Of a DNA stretch of 64,000 nt, positions 45,353 through 55,625 are shown in pieces (positions within the stretch are counted from its first letter, which is position 1; the number at the start of each line of letters is the position of its first letter). The stretch spans positions 1-64,000 of IMG/VR virus record IMGVR_UViG_3300043313_000346; one strand, 5' to 3'. This stretch comes from a virus. A model generated the notes under the pieces. It worked only from the letters and a program-made list of their open reading frames with translations, was not told the DNA's origin and ran no database searches. A program made the translations under genes and the position numbers.

Positions 45353-46951
45353 TCACGCGTAGACGCTGCTGGCATCGATGCTCCCGGGGATATTGCCGGG
45401 CAGGAAGTCGGAGCCGCCGCCGCCAACCTTGATGATGGAATTGAACGCGGCGTTGTAGCGCTTGCCGTAGGCGCTGCCGGTGAACGTCATCCAGCCATAG
45501 GACATGGTGATCAGCCCGCCGTCATAGGCTTGGCAGAACGCGCCATCAAACGAAATGCCGTGCATATTCCACAGATGGAACCAAAGCGGCGCGACGAATG
45601 AACCGCCAAAGCACACGACGCAGTTGCCGATGTTGCTGTACCAGTGGATATAATTTCCCGTGACCACCGAGCCGCCGAACACCGCAATTCCGATGCCCAT
45701 CGGAATGCCGGTGAAGGCGATGTCCGAAATGTTGAGCGACGCCTGATCATGACACTCGATGATGTTGGACGCCGAAGCCTGCCCAGCGACCGAGAGCCCG
45801 CTGAGCGTCACGTTCGCGCCGGACCCGGAGACGCTGAGCGTGACCGGATAGGACGACGATTGCGGAAACACCGGGTTGTTTGACAGCGTCGGCCCCAACA
45901 GCAGATAGGAGAGCATGTTCGCCGGATCGCCGCGAATGACGACACTGCCCGGCATGTTCTGGATGACGACTTGCCCCTGATAGGTGCCGGGCGTGCCAAG
46001 CTGGATCGTGACGGTGCGACCGCCGATCAGAAAGCTGTTCGCAACGTAGGTGACTGCAGCCTGAACCGTGCGGAACGCGGACGCGGCGGTGTTCGCCGAT
46101 CCATCGTTCGCGTCGTTGCCGTCGGTGCGAACGTACAGCGTCAGGTCCGCTGTCAGCTTCATGTAGACCTGACTGCGCACCATACGCATCACTTGGAAAT
46201 AGCTGACGTTCCAATTCAGCAAGAGGATTTCGTTGGCGACCAAATCCTGCGACTGCAGATGCGTGCCGTCATTGCGCATCACATAGTAGGGCGTGTTCGC
46301 GCCAACCTTGAGCGTGACCGGGCCCGTGTTCTTGCTGGCGACGCGGATCAAAAACAGATCGCCGGTGACCCAACTGGTGACGGCGGGTGCGAAGTTGCCA
46401 ACCATCGCATTGGCCGCGCCAGTGTCCTGCGCATAGGGAATGTCGACGGTGTAATTGTTGACCGTGCTGGCGACCGCGCCGAGATAATTCGTAAGCTGGA
46501 ACGACGTGCCGTCGTCGACCAGCACCGCGACTTGGCCGGCGCGCATATCGTTCGCTTCAAGCTGCGAACCTGAGCCGCGCTTGATCGGGCGGTTGCCGAG
46601 CGAGTTGACGTTGATGGTCGACGGGCCCGTGTTGTTGTGCGCCACCAGCACGCGCAGCGGCAGCCCCTGCCGGTATGCCGTGAGCGACGGATCGAGCATC
46701 GTCTGCAGCGCGTTCGCGGCGCCCGTGTCGATGCAGAAGTTGACGCCCTGAGAGCGCACGCCGCGCGTCAGTTGCTTCAGGTCGGCATCATCCGGCACAA
46801 GGCTGCTCGCCTTGATCAGATTGACGATCTCGCGTTGTGGATATTCGATCGAGGCTGCCGGCGGGATGCTGCCTTGCTGACCGATCGACGGATCGCCGTT
46901 GATGTAAGGATCATCGGCCCCGGGCGAACCGTATGGCGGTTGATATTTCAT
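45353..46951 (-). CDS. Tail fibre/spike protein
   Basis: QREIVNLI..PDDADLKQL fibre N-terminus, duplicated DTGAANA..NTGP modules, LYVRTDGND and a beta-helix-like C-terminus. Confidence 0.82.
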   Translation of the reverse strand: MKYQPPYGSPGADDPYINGDPSIGQQGSIPPAASIEYPQREIVNLIKASSLVPDDADLKQLTRGVRSQGVNFCIDTGAANALQTMLDPSLTAYRQGLPLRVLVAHNNTGPSTINVNSLGNRPIKRGSGSQLEANDMRAGQVAVLVDDGTSFQLTNYLGAVASTVNNYTVDIPYAQDTGAANAMVGNFAPAVTSWVTGDLFLIRVASKNTGPVTLKVGANTPYYVMRNDGTHLQSQDLVANEILLLNWNVSYFQVMRMVRSQVYMKLTADLTLYVRTDGNDANDGSANTAASAFRTVQAAVTYVANSFLIGGRTVTIQLGTPGTYQGQVVIQNMPGSVVIRGDPANMLSYLLLGPTLSNNPVFPQSSSYPVTLSVSGSGANVTLSGLSVAGQASASNIIECHDQASLNISDIAFTGIPMGIGIAVFGGSVVTGNYIHWYSNIGNCVVCFGGSFVAPLWFHLWNMHGISFDGAFCQAYDGGLITMSYGWMTFTGSAYGKRYNAAFNSIIKVGGGGSDFLPGNIPGSIDASSVYA

Positions 46952-46965
46952 TTTGTGCTTCCCCT

Positions 46966-47655
46966 TTACGGTGTCCCTGCCATCGGATCGTCGCCGCTCA
47001 GCCCGCTGTAGTCGTAGACGATGTCGGTGTGCGCGGGCTTCCAGCGATCGAGCAGACATTCCAAGTCTTCGGCGATGCCGATGCGCAGATGCGGATCGAC
47101 GCCGCATTCGGCTTCAGCGCATCGAAACCAAGTGAGCCGCGCGTTGGCGACCGAGACTTCCCAATAGAACCGCATCTCGGGAGGACCGATCTCCCAGCGC
47201 GGCTTGCCGTTTTCGTCTGGCGTGTTGCCACAGCGCGAGATGCCCACCATGAACGGCGAATGCTCGCTCACGTGGATGGTGACGCCGAGCCATGACGCGA
47301 CTTGCTGAAACCACGCTTCCGATTGACCGCCGATCAGCGTCATCCAGAACACGAGGAAGCGCTGCCGCTCGCCGATGCTCATCCCGCCTTCAAGACACGG
47401 ATCGGGCAGGCCCCATGCTCTTTCCCAATCGGGCAGAAGCTCGATCGTCTTGCGCGGATCGCTCTCGCGTTCGAGCAGATCGCCGGCGCGTCCGTCGACA
47501 TAACCCCAATACTGCGCCAGCCCGTTGCACGCGCGCTCCAGCGTCGAGCCCGGCGATCGCGGCCACGCTTGCCCTTGTGGCAACAGGCTGAGAAACGAAA
47601 CGGCGTAATCATCACCGGATCGTCGCACATGCCGATCAGGGGGCGGTGATGGCAT
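46966..47655 (-). CDS. Baseplate wedge protein (Mu gp48/YmfQ-like)
   Basis: LLPQGQAW, ELLPDWERAWGLPD and WKPAHT. Confidence 0.88.
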   Translation of the reverse strand: MPSPPPDRHVRRSGDDYAVSFLSLLPQGQAWPRSPGSTLERACNGLAQYWGYVDGRAGDLLERESDPRKTIELLPDWERAWGLPDPCLEGGMSIGERQRFLVFWMTLIGGQSEAWFQQVASWLGVTIHVSEHSPFMVGISRCGNTPDENGKPRWEIGPPEMRFYWEVSVANARLTWFRCAEAECGVDPHLRIGIAEDLECLLDRWKPAHTDIVYDYSGLSGDDPMAGTP

Positions 47656-48745
47656 AAACGATGTCCCCCAACACGCCCATGTGGCCCGGGCTCGGCATCA
47701 CGTCGTCGGTGGCGATGCGCAGATTGAACGACACGACTCCCGGCGTGTTCATGATCGCCTGATATTTCCACGCGGCGTAAATCGTCTGTCCCGGCGCGGC
47801 CAAGCGAAACATCATGTCGATCAGGCTTTGCTCGATGCCGGCGCGGATCGCCGGCGTGTCGGGCGACAGGTCGTTGATGTAGACGTCGACGCGTCGCGGG
47901 ATCGGCGCCACGACGAACACATCTTTCACCGCGACCGGGCGCACCGTTTCGAGATAGGCCGCAACCGCTTGCACGTCCGCGCCGGTCGGGAAGCCTTGGT
48001 TGGCGGCGCGCAGTTCATCCATCATGAAGCGCACGGTCACCGTGCCGATGCCCATCTCCAGCGGATAGCACCACGCGCGCGTGACGCCCGGGACCGCCAG
48101 CGTCCAGTTGACGTAGTCGTGCGCGGCGCCGCCCATCGGCGGCTGTTGGATGCGCAACAGGACGCGCGCGCGCAGATACTCATCGGTCTCGGTGTCGGTG
48201 CCACCGGCGAGCGTGCCCGCCGTCACGGTGACTTCGAATTCGCCGATCTGGTTGACCAGCGTCATCGCAGTGCCGGCCGGCAGGTTGCCGATCGTGCCGG
48301 CGTCGAGCGCGCGCACCGCCGCTTCCGTCGGCGCTGCCCCGATGATGAACTCGGTCAGCGTCTCATAGCCGACGTTCGCACCAAGCCCGGGCGCTGTCGC
48401 GGTCAGTTCGGTGCCGGCCGGCACAGTGACGCCGGCGGCGATGCTCTCGAAGATTGCGGTGCCGGTGGCAAACGTTGCGACCTTGCGGCCGATCGAGCCG
48501 TCGGCGTTCACCAACCAGATGTCACCGTGACGATCCAGCCATTCGGTTTCGGCAGTGTCGGGCAGAAGCTGCAGCGCGAGCCAATCGACATATTGCAGCG
48601 TGAGATGACAGAGCGCGCCCTGATTGTCCGAGAGCACGCGTAGCACGCTGTTGGGGATCGACGCATCGGCGCCCGGCAACGACGCGCGGATATAGTCGCG
48701 CACGACGCCGCGCACTTCCCGAAGCGTGGGTGTTGCCCAAGGCAT
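47636..48745 (-). CDS. Baseplate J / Mu gp47-like
   Basis: GGTDTETDEYLRAR..PMGGAAHDY..AVPGVTRAW. Confidence 0.92.
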   Translation of the reverse strand: MPWATPTLREVRGVVRDYIRASLPGADASIPNSVLRVLSDNQGALCHLTLQYVDWLALQLLPDTAETEWLDRHGDIWLVNADGSIGRKVATFATGTAIFESIAAGVTVPAGTELTATAPGLGANVGYETLTEFIIGAAPTEAAVRALDAGTIGNLPAGTAMTLVNQIGEFEVTVTAGTLAGGTDTETDEYLRARVLLRIQQPPMGGAAHDYVNWTLAVPGVTRAWCYPLEMGIGTVTVRFMMDELRAANQGFPTGADVQAVAAYLETVRPVAVKDVFVVAPIPRRVDVYINDLSPDTPAIRAGIEQSLIDMMFRLAAPGQTIYAAWKYQAIMNTPGVVSFNLRIATDDVMPSPGHMGVLGDIVYAITAP

Positions 48746-48771
48746 ATTTCAAATGTCCTGAAAGTGTTGGC

Positions 48772-49278
48772 TCAGCTTTCGATGATGCCGGCCCACAGCA
48801 CCTGATAGCGAAGATCGACCGCGAGATCGGGCCCGCGATAGAGTCTGATCAGCGCCTGTATGCGCTCGCGCCCGACTTGCTCGACCTTGATGTCCATGCG
48901 CGACGCGATGCGCCGATCGATGAACGGCTGGATCGCCTCGCGAATGTAGTGATCGACGCGCGCGATCGTCGCGCCCTGTTCAGCGCCAGCGCCGGTGATC
49001 TTCTCGCGCTTGAGCAGCCACAGCCGCGTGCCGATCGGCCAGCCGTTCCAGATCGTTTCGGTTTCGTGGTCGCCCCACCAGCCCCGCCGGTCGGTCGAGT
49101 CGGGATCGGGCAGGCGATCGTTGCGCGTCGCCAGTCGATCGGTGCCGAGCGCGACGATCACGGCGGTAGCCAGCGCCTCGCTGCTGTCGAGCGTGCCGTC
49201 GTCCTGCAACAGCCAGTCGACCGACACTTCGGTCTGATAGGGAAAGATGCCCTGTTGAACTAGCCGGATGTCGGTCAT
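48772..49278 (-). CDS. Mu gp46-like baseplate protein
   Basis: LGTDRLA..RRGWWGD..IGTRLWLL. Confidence 0.9.
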   Translation of the reverse strand: MTDIRLVQQGIFPYQTEVSVDWLLQDDGTLDSSEALATAVIVALGTDRLATRNDRLPDPDSTDRRGWWGDHETETIWNGWPIGTRLWLLKREKITGAGAEQGATIARVDHYIREAIQPFIDRRIASRMDIKVEQVGRERIQALIRLYRGPDLAVDLRYQVLWAGIIES

Positions 49279-50351
49279 GCGATCCGCGCCTCAAGCTCGG
49301 CGAGGCGCGCTTCCATCTTCGCAAGACGGGCTTCGAGCGCGTCAGCCTGCGCCTGCTTGCGCGCGACATACGCCTGCACATCGGGCGGAAGCTCAGCCGG
49401 CTCGCCGGCAACTGCAGGGTCGAATAATGACGGCCCGCTGCTCGGCGTGCCGGTGCCCCAATCGCCGTTGCCGGGCTTGAGACCATCCATCGCGATCACA
49501 CGCTTCATCACATGGATGTCTTCGTCGAAATACTGCACGCCCTTGTGGCTGATGCTGCTCGCTTCGTTCTTGATGGTCTTGGCCTTGTGCTGCCATTCGT
49601 CTTTCTGCACGTCGTAATAGCCGACGACCTTGTCGCCGGCGCGAAACTCGATGCGGTTTTTGGTGCAGCGAATCTCGGTGTTGACCGTCTCGCCCTCGTG
49701 CTTGAAGTCCTCGTTTTTCTTCTTGATCCCGGCGACCTGTGCCGCCCATTGCTCGACGCTCAACGGCGGCTCGCCTCGCGCCTGTCGCGCCTCGTTGGTC
49801 TTTTGCTGCGACTTCTGGCGTTCCTGCTTTTTCTTCTCGACATGGCGCAGCGAAACCATGCGCTCCACTTTTTTCTTTTCGCCGCCGCCGCCGCCGCTCT
49901 CGGCGTGCTGCGTCGCTGTCGCCCCACCACCGCTGCCGCTGCTTTCCTCTTCGCTGTCGAGCGACAACAGGAACAGCCCGGTGCGGCGCATCAACGTCAT
50001 CTGCCCGTTGTCGTCATACTGCGAATTCTCGCCCGGCTTGAGACCGAGCGGGCGGAAGCGGCGATCATCCATCATGGCGGCGATCGGATGCGAGCGGTTG
50101 CCTCCGATGAACGACATGATCGCTTCGGCGCTTTCCTCGATCTGTCCGTCTTTGCCTTTCTTCGCCGGCATCACGACGCTGGAAAAGCCGTAGTTCTGCG
50201 GCGCCTCGACCTTGTCGCGCGTCTCGCCTTTCATGAAGTTGCCGGCCATCTCCTGCATCAGCGTGCCGTCGTCGACCTTGTCGACGATCGAGCGGGCGCC
50301 GCCGGCGCTGAAGGCGCGGAAGGATGTCATCAGTGGCGTGTAGCGATGCAT
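49275..50351 (-). CDS. Baseplate spike / Mu gp45-like
   Basis: QNYGFSS..GGNRSH..DRRFRP..LKPGE. Confidence 0.85.
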   Translation of the reverse strand: MHRYTPLMTSFRAFSAGGARSIVDKVDDGTLMQEMAGNFMKGETRDKVEAPQNYGFSSVVMPAKKGKDGQIEESAEAIMSFIGGNRSHPIAAMMDDRRFRPLGLKPGENSQYDDNGQMTLMRRTGLFLLSLDSEEESSGSGGGATATQHAESGGGGGEKKKVERMVSLRHVEKKKQERQKSQQKTNEARQARGEPPLSVEQWAAQVAGIKKKNEDFKHEGETVNTEIRCTKNRIEFRAGDKVVGYYDVQKDEWQHKAKTIKNEASSISHKGVQYFDEDIHVMKRVIAMDGLKPGNGDWGTGTPSSGPSLFDPAVAGEPAELPPDVQAYVARKQAQADALEARLAKMEARLAELEARIA

Positions 50352-50358
50352 GGCGTCC

Positions 50359-51516
50359 TCAAGCGCTGCTCAGTTGTTCGGGCGGGGGCTCTGCCACCTT
50401 GGCCGCCGATGGCGATGCCGGCGGCTTGGTATCGGCTTTAGCTTCCTCGGGCGGTGCCGGGGCAGCCCCTACCCTGAAGTCGCTATGATCCTTGAGCAGT
50501 CGCGGCGACACCAGTTCGAGCGTCGTCAGCGTGCCGCTGTTGCTGTCCTGCGTGAACGTTGCGGTCTCGATCTTCAGCCCCATGTCGAGCATCGCCATCG
50601 GCGACTTGACCGCGATCAGTGAGCCGGCGCGCCACAACCCGCCGCCCGGCATCATCCAGCCCTGCACGGTGATGGTCGCGCGAATATCGGTGTACTCGTG
50701 CCAGACCGATTCATTCTTGGCGCGATCCTGAAGCTCGGCTTGCGTCTTGACCGGCTGTTCGGCCGGCGTGAGCAATGGGCTGTAGCGCAACGCGGTGCCG
50801 GCGATCCGCGCGCGCATCTCGGTCGCCTGCCGGCCGTGCTGGTCGTCACCCTGTGGCGGCTGCCCGTCGACGATATAGTCGGAGTGCATCTGCTCTTTGG
50901 AGATCGTCGCCTGACACTTCAGGATATTGTCGCCTTCGACAAGCTCGGCCGCGACGTTCGAATTGTGATTGTCGATCAACAGCAGATTGCCGAGATGATC
51001 GCTGCCCATCACGATCCCGCGCGGGCGCGCGATGCGCTCCAGAAAATTCCACAGGTTCTCGCCGTGCTCGACCTGCAGTTTCTCGAACGGTTCCGCGTTC
51101 AGCTTGCCGATCGTCTTCACGCCGACACCGAACGGCGCGATCACCTTGCGCGCAACTTCCTCGAACGTCTTGCCGTCGAAGTTGCCCTTCTCGTCGATGA
51201 TGCTGCCGCGTGACGCATACCACGTCATGCCGACGCCCTGCAGCATGACGCCGTGCGCGTTGGCATCGTAGGATGCCTGCCGCAACAGGATCACGCCGGT
51301 GATCGCGAGGATGCCGCCGAGATAGATCGCGCATTCATCGCCCGGCTGGAATTGCAGTTTCTCCCACAGCGTCGCCGGGCGATCGCGCTCGGCTGCGGTG
51401 AAGCGAAACAACGGAAAGGCTTCCGCCCAGCGGTGCTGCACGAACACCGATTCCCAATCGTAGAACCGGCGCCCGCGAACCACGAGCGTTGCTGTTTCTT
51501 CTGGCTTGATCGTCAT
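50359..51516 (-). CDS. Baseplate hub / Mu gp44-like tail protein
   Basis: Position and motifs (GE..WNFLERIAR, LVEGDNI, TVQGW..LW). Confidence 0.88.
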   Translation of the reverse strand: MTIKPEETATLVVRGRRFYDWESVFVQHRWAEAFPLFRFTAAERDRPATLWEKLQFQPGDECAIYLGGILAITGVILLRQASYDANAHGVMLQGVGMTWYASRGSIIDEKGNFDGKTFEEVARKVIAPFGVGVKTIGKLNAEPFEKLQVEHGENLWNFLERIARPRGIVMGSDHLGNLLLIDNHNSNVAAELVEGDNILKCQATISKEQMHSDYIVDGQPPQGDDQHGRQATEMRARIAGTALRYSPLLTPAEQPVKTQAELQDRAKNESVWHEYTDIRATITVQGWMMPGGGLWRAGSLIAVKSPMAMLDMGLKIETATFTQDSNSGTLTTLELVSPRLLKDHSDFRVGAAPAPPEEAKADTKPPASPSAAKVAEPPPEQLSSA

Positions 51517-52181
51517 GCCGACAAAGCCCAGCCGCTCGCTTTCATGAAGGCCGGATGCACGACCTTGTTCTCATCGCGCAGTTCGTCGGCACGGCCGGCG
51601 TCGTCATAGAGCCGATGCGCTGCCACCAGCGTGGTCAGCGGCGCGGCAAACCGAAACATCAGCATGCGCGGCAACGGGCGCGCGGTCTCGATCAGGAAGC
51701 GCATGGTCGCGGCGTGCAGCCGCACCAGCGCCAGATAGGTCGCGCTGTCCATCGCATCGGCGGCGATCTCTTCGACTGTGGCGAACTCTTGGTTCACCCG
51801 CTGCCTGATCGCCTCGACGTCTTCCCGGCTGGTGAACGTCAGATCGGCGATGATGCGCGCGCCGGTGCCAAAGCAGAAGTTGGTCAGCCCGTTCTTGATC
51901 AGCGTTGCACCGAGCGTCACCGGCGTCTCGGCGGCAACGCCATCATAGATGCGAACGATGCCGGGGAGCTTGGCGCCAGCCTCGCGCGCCAGATCGAAAC
52001 AATCCGCGAGCGGCTCGCCGATCTCATCGTTTTGCAGCAGCGCCTTCACGTTGGCCAACAGCGAGCCGACAGCCGCGCGCACGTCCGAGCCCGGGCGCCC
52101 GCGATCAGACACCGTCGACAACAGGATTTTCATCGCCCGTTCGACGATCGGCTCGGCTTCCTCTGCATCATGCTTGAACAT
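51513..52181 (-). CDS. Mu N (DNA circularisation protein) C-terminal-like
   Basis: LVAAHRLYDDAGRADELRDENKVVHPAF. Confidence 0.75.
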   Translation of the reverse strand: MFKHDAEEAEPIVERAMKILLSTVSDRGRPGSDVRAAVGSLLANVKALLQNDEIGEPLADCFDLAREAGAKLPGIVRIYDGVAAETPVTLGATLIKNGLTNFCFGTGARIIADLTFTSREDVEAIRQRVNQEFATVEEIAADAMDSATYLALVRLHAATMRFLIETARPLPRMLMFRFAAPLTTLVAAHRLYDDAGRADELRDENKVVHPAFMKASGWALSA

Positions 52182-52795
52182 CAGGTCGCCGCGCCGGCGT
52201 CGGTGGTCGCGCTCGCGCCCGGGCTCTGCTGGATGCCGCGCGTGAGAATGTCGACGTTGCGATCGCGCAGTTCCTGAAAATACTTGAGCATCTCATCGCG
52301 GCTGCTCGGGGCCGGCTGCTTTGGCGGCGCGCCAAGCTCGACGAACGTCATGTCGAACACGCAATGGCCGCCGGCGCGTTCTTCCTCGGTGAGCCGATAG
52401 CGCGGGCACATCACCAACATCTCGTTGGTCATCGTGCCCCGGCCGGTCGGCAGCCGCAGCGGCAGCGGATCGCCGCTCGACAGCGCCGCCGACAGGATGT
52501 CGCGCGCGACGCGGTAGTCGCGCTGCTTAAGCTGTGGGCCATCGTTGCCGACGCGATCGTGCGGATACTGAATGCAATAGCCGCGCACGGTGAACTCGAA
52601 CGCGCGCCGCCCCATGTCCTCGGCATAGGGCAGATTCTTTTTCGGGAATTCGTGCATCACGATGCGTCGACCGTTCTCGATCGCGTTCGCCTCACAATAG
52701 AAATAAGCGTCGCCGATCTGCGCCTGCTGTAGCGCGGCGCGCCACGGGCTTTTGATCTTGCCTTCGCTGTCATAAGCCAGTTCGGTGATCAGCAT
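52181..52795 (-). CDS. Mu N (DNA circularisation protein) N-terminal-like
   Basis: WRAALQQA..GRRIVMHEFP..YAEDMGRR..MTFVE. Confidence 0.82.
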   Translation of the reverse strand: MLITELAYDSEGKIKSPWRAALQQAQIGDAYFYCEANAIENGRRIVMHEFPKKNLPYAEDMGRRAFEFTVRGYCIQYPHDRVGNDGPQLKQRDYRVARDILSAALSSGDPLPLRLPTGRGTMTNEMLVMCPRYRLTEEERAGGHCVFDMTFVELGAPPKQPAPSSRDEMLKYFQELRDRNVDILTRGIQQSPGASATTDAGAAT

Positions 52796-52802
52796 GCTTG
52801 CC

Positions 52803-55625
52803 TCAGATCGAAAGCTGTTCGTCGTCGCCGCCGCGACGCGGCGCTGACTGCGCCGGTTCCATCTGCGTCTGGCGGTCGATCTCGGTTTTCTTGAACAGCC
52901 CGCCGCCTTCGGCTTCGACCTTGGTGCCACGCGGCGCCTTCACGTCGACGCTGAGCTTGCCGGTGCCGGTGACGCGGGTTTCGTTGCTGGCGTTGCTATC
53001 GAGCACGCTGCGATCGAACGACGATTGCCCTTCGATCCCGCGCGCCATAGCTGAGCGAAACGCGCGCGAGCCCGCATAGGCGCCGCGCTGGCCACCGCGC
53101 CCGCCCGCGATGTCGAGATGAATCTTGTTCGGATCGCTCATGTAGCTGGCGCCGCCACCGATCACGCCGGCGCGCGCCGCTTCCTCGGTGAACTTCAACG
53201 CACGCGGATCATCCGGTGAGACGACGTTGCCCTTCTCATCGAGCAGATTGAAGTCGCCGGCCTTGCCGAAGTTGTGCCGATGGCTGCCGGTGCGCGGGCC
53301 GTGCGGGTCTTGCCCGCCTGACGTGACACGCGCCGTCAATCCGGTCTGCGCCCCCGCATAGTCGAGCGCGCTTCTCAGCCTTGGATCGAGCGCGAGCTTG
53401 CGAATCCCCGCGACCCTTCCCTGCGCTTCGACGACGTGGCCTGTGTCGCGTCCCGCACCGCCGCCGCTCGCCGGTGTATCGCCCGCGCCCGCGCCTGTGC
53501 CGGGTCCGACGCTCGACGCTTGCGGCGGGGCGGGCTGAGCGGCGAACTGTTCGGCCTGAGCACCGCGCACCGCCATCTCGTGCCCGGTGCGTTGCGGCCG
53601 TTCGTAATAACGGCTGACTGCAGCGCCGGCTTCGCGCGCCGTCTTCGTGCCGCGCAATTTATCGCCGGCGCCCTTCTCGGTGTTGTTCAATTCCCAATTA
53701 ACGGCGGCGAGTTGCTCCTGATAGGACATCTGCGAGATCGACTTGCCGAACTGCCGCTCGATCGCGCGCTGTCGATCCGGATGCCATTGCGCGATGCCGC
53801 TCGCTCGGCCGCCGTCGCCTCTCGCCCCGGTCTGGAATTTGCTTTCGGCGTGCAGGTTCGCCGCGATGCCGGCAGCCTGTTCGTGCGACCAGCCCTGACT
53901 CTTGAAGTATTCGATCGCCTCCTGCGCGCGGCTGCCGGGAGCGGCGCCACCACCGCGCGCGCCTGCCGGCGTGTTGCCCGCGCCCGCGCCCGTGCCGGGT
54001 CCGACGCTGCTGCCATTCGGAGCGCCACCACCGCCACCACCGCCACCGCCGCGCCCGCCTTCGCCCGGGATATTGATGTTGCTCGGCAGACCGCCGCCGC
54101 CCGGCATCTGGAAGCCGCTGCTGCCGCCACCGTCCGGTGAATACGATGCGCGCTGGAAGCCGGCCGGCGCACCACCACCACCGCCGCCACCACCACCGCC
54201 GCTCAGATAATTCTTGAAGTCGACCATGCCCTCGAACACGCCGGTGCGGATCGCGCGCGTGAATGCCGACGCGCCGCCGCTGCTACTGCTGTAGCCGCCG
54301 TCGCCGCCGCTGTAGGACATGCGGTGAAAGTTCGGCGACGTGCTGCCGGGCGCATCGCGTCGCGATGGATCGCTTCCGACGCCGGGCGGCAACGTGGGGA
54401 AACGTTCGTTGAACGATGCCGCTGGCGGTGCGGCTGGCGCGTCTGACTTGGGAAACATCGGCGTGCCCCAGTCAGGCCGCTTGGTAAACGTATCCAAGAC
54501 GTTGTAATCGCCGGACGCCCATTTCTCTTCCCACTTTTTCTTGTTCTCTTCCGACGTCTCGACGCCCATCAACTTCTGCCATCGCGGGTCCATGCCTTCG
54601 GCGATGGTCTGCTTGGGATTCGTGATCAGCTTATAAATATAGAGGATTTCCTTCGCGACCTTGGCGATTTCCTTCGATGCGTTCTCACCGAACGCCTTAC
54701 CCCAACTTTCGCCGGTGGTGCCAAGCTCGCGGTTCAGCGCTTGCAGCAACGGGATCAGGCCAGCCTGCAGCGCGGTGATGAACTCGTTATATTCGCGGTC
54801 GACCTTCCGCATTTCGGCGTTGAAGCTCTTCGCGATGTCGAGCCGCTTTTTGTATTCCGCTTCCTCGGCTGCGGTCGCGCCCGCAAAGTTCTCGTTGATG
54901 ATTTGCGCGGCAACGCTCGGATCGAGCTTCAGGGTGCTCAGGAAGCGATTGGTCAATTCGGCGGCCATTGCCATGTTGGCTGTGCCGGTCTCCCTTCTGG
55001 TGCGCTCCATCTCTGCGGCGTAGACGCTGCGCGCAGCGCGCAGGGCTTCGGTGAGCGCTTGGGCCGTTTCGCCCCGGCCGGCCATGCCGGTGATGTTCCG
55101 GAGGAACGCTTCCATCGCGGCCGGATCGCTGGTCGTTCGCAGCAAGTCTTCACGCGCCTTGCTGCCGATCCGACTGATTTCGGCCAGCGCGGTCTGGAAG
55201 TTCGCAACGGCTTGCGAGGCGGCATTGGGATCGACGCCCGCTATTTTCATCTGCTCGACGATCGCCTTCAGGTTTGCGCCGCCGATGCCGAACGTCCTCG
55301 CCGTGTTGTCGAGCCGGATCACTTCGTCGGTGAACTTGCGCAGCCCTTCGATCATGAAGTTGCTGATCAAGCCGCCCGCATAAGCCGCCATCGCGGCGCC
55401 CATCGAACGCGCCATCGACTGCACCGCGCTCGATGTCTTGGCCGCATGCTCGCGCGTTTGGCCCATCTTGACGCCCAGCGCTTCGACCTCCTTTTGCATC
55501 CGCGCGAGCGCATCGCGGTTCTCCTGCCCGCCCAAGGCGCGCAAGTTCTGACGCAGCGTTGCCAGCCCGGTCGACGCATTGTCGATCAGGGTGACTGTCA
55601 GCCTCAGTTCTTCGAATTCAGGCAT
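52803..55625 (-). CDS. Tape measure protein with phage tail lysozyme and peptidase-like domains
   Basis: Follows the chaperone genes; helical N-terminus; AAGIAANLHAES..GIAQW (lysozyme2-like) and SHRHNFGKAGD..IHLD. Confidence 0.82.
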   Translation of the reverse strand: MPEFEELRLTVTLIDNASTGLATLRQNLRALGGQENRDALARMQKEVEALGVKMGQTREHAAKTSSAVQSMARSMGAAMAAYAGGLISNFMIEGLRKFTDEVIRLDNTARTFGIGGANLKAIVEQMKIAGVDPNAASQAVANFQTALAEISRIGSKAREDLLRTTSDPAAMEAFLRNITGMAGRGETAQALTEALRAARSVYAAEMERTRRETGTANMAMAAELTNRFLSTLKLDPSVAAQIINENFAGATAAEEAEYKKRLDIAKSFNAEMRKVDREYNEFITALQAGLIPLLQALNRELGTTGESWGKAFGENASKEIAKVAKEILYIYKLITNPKQTIAEGMDPRWQKLMGVETSEENKKKWEEKWASGDYNVLDTFTKRPDWGTPMFPKSDAPAAPPAASFNERFPTLPPGVGSDPSRRDAPGSTSPNFHRMSYSGGDGGYSSSSGGASAFTRAIRTGVFEGMVDFKNYLSGGGGGGGGGGAPAGFQRASYSPDGGGSSGFQMPGGGGLPSNINIPGEGGRGGGGGGGGGAPNGSSVGPGTGAGAGNTPAGARGGGAAPGSRAQEAIEYFKSQGWSHEQAAGIAANLHAESKFQTGARGDGGRASGIAQWHPDRQRAIERQFGKSISQMSYQEQLAAVNWELNNTEKGAGDKLRGTKTAREAGAAVSRYYERPQRTGHEMAVRGAQAEQFAAQPAPPQASSVGPGTGAGAGDTPASGGGAGRDTGHVVEAQGRVAGIRKLALDPRLRSALDYAGAQTGLTARVTSGGQDPHGPRTGSHRHNFGKAGDFNLLDEKGNVVSPDDPRALKFTEEAARAGVIGGGASYMSDPNKIHLDIAGGRGGQRGAYAGSRAFRSAMARGIEGQSSFDRSVLDSNASNETRVTGTGKLSVDVKAPRGTKVEAEGGGLFKKTEIDRQTQMEPAQSAPRRGGDDEQLSI

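Noticed and set aside
42640-46951. Diversity-generating retroelement or invertase-based fibre switching
   Set aside because: No reverse transcriptase, TR/VR pair or invertase was seen.
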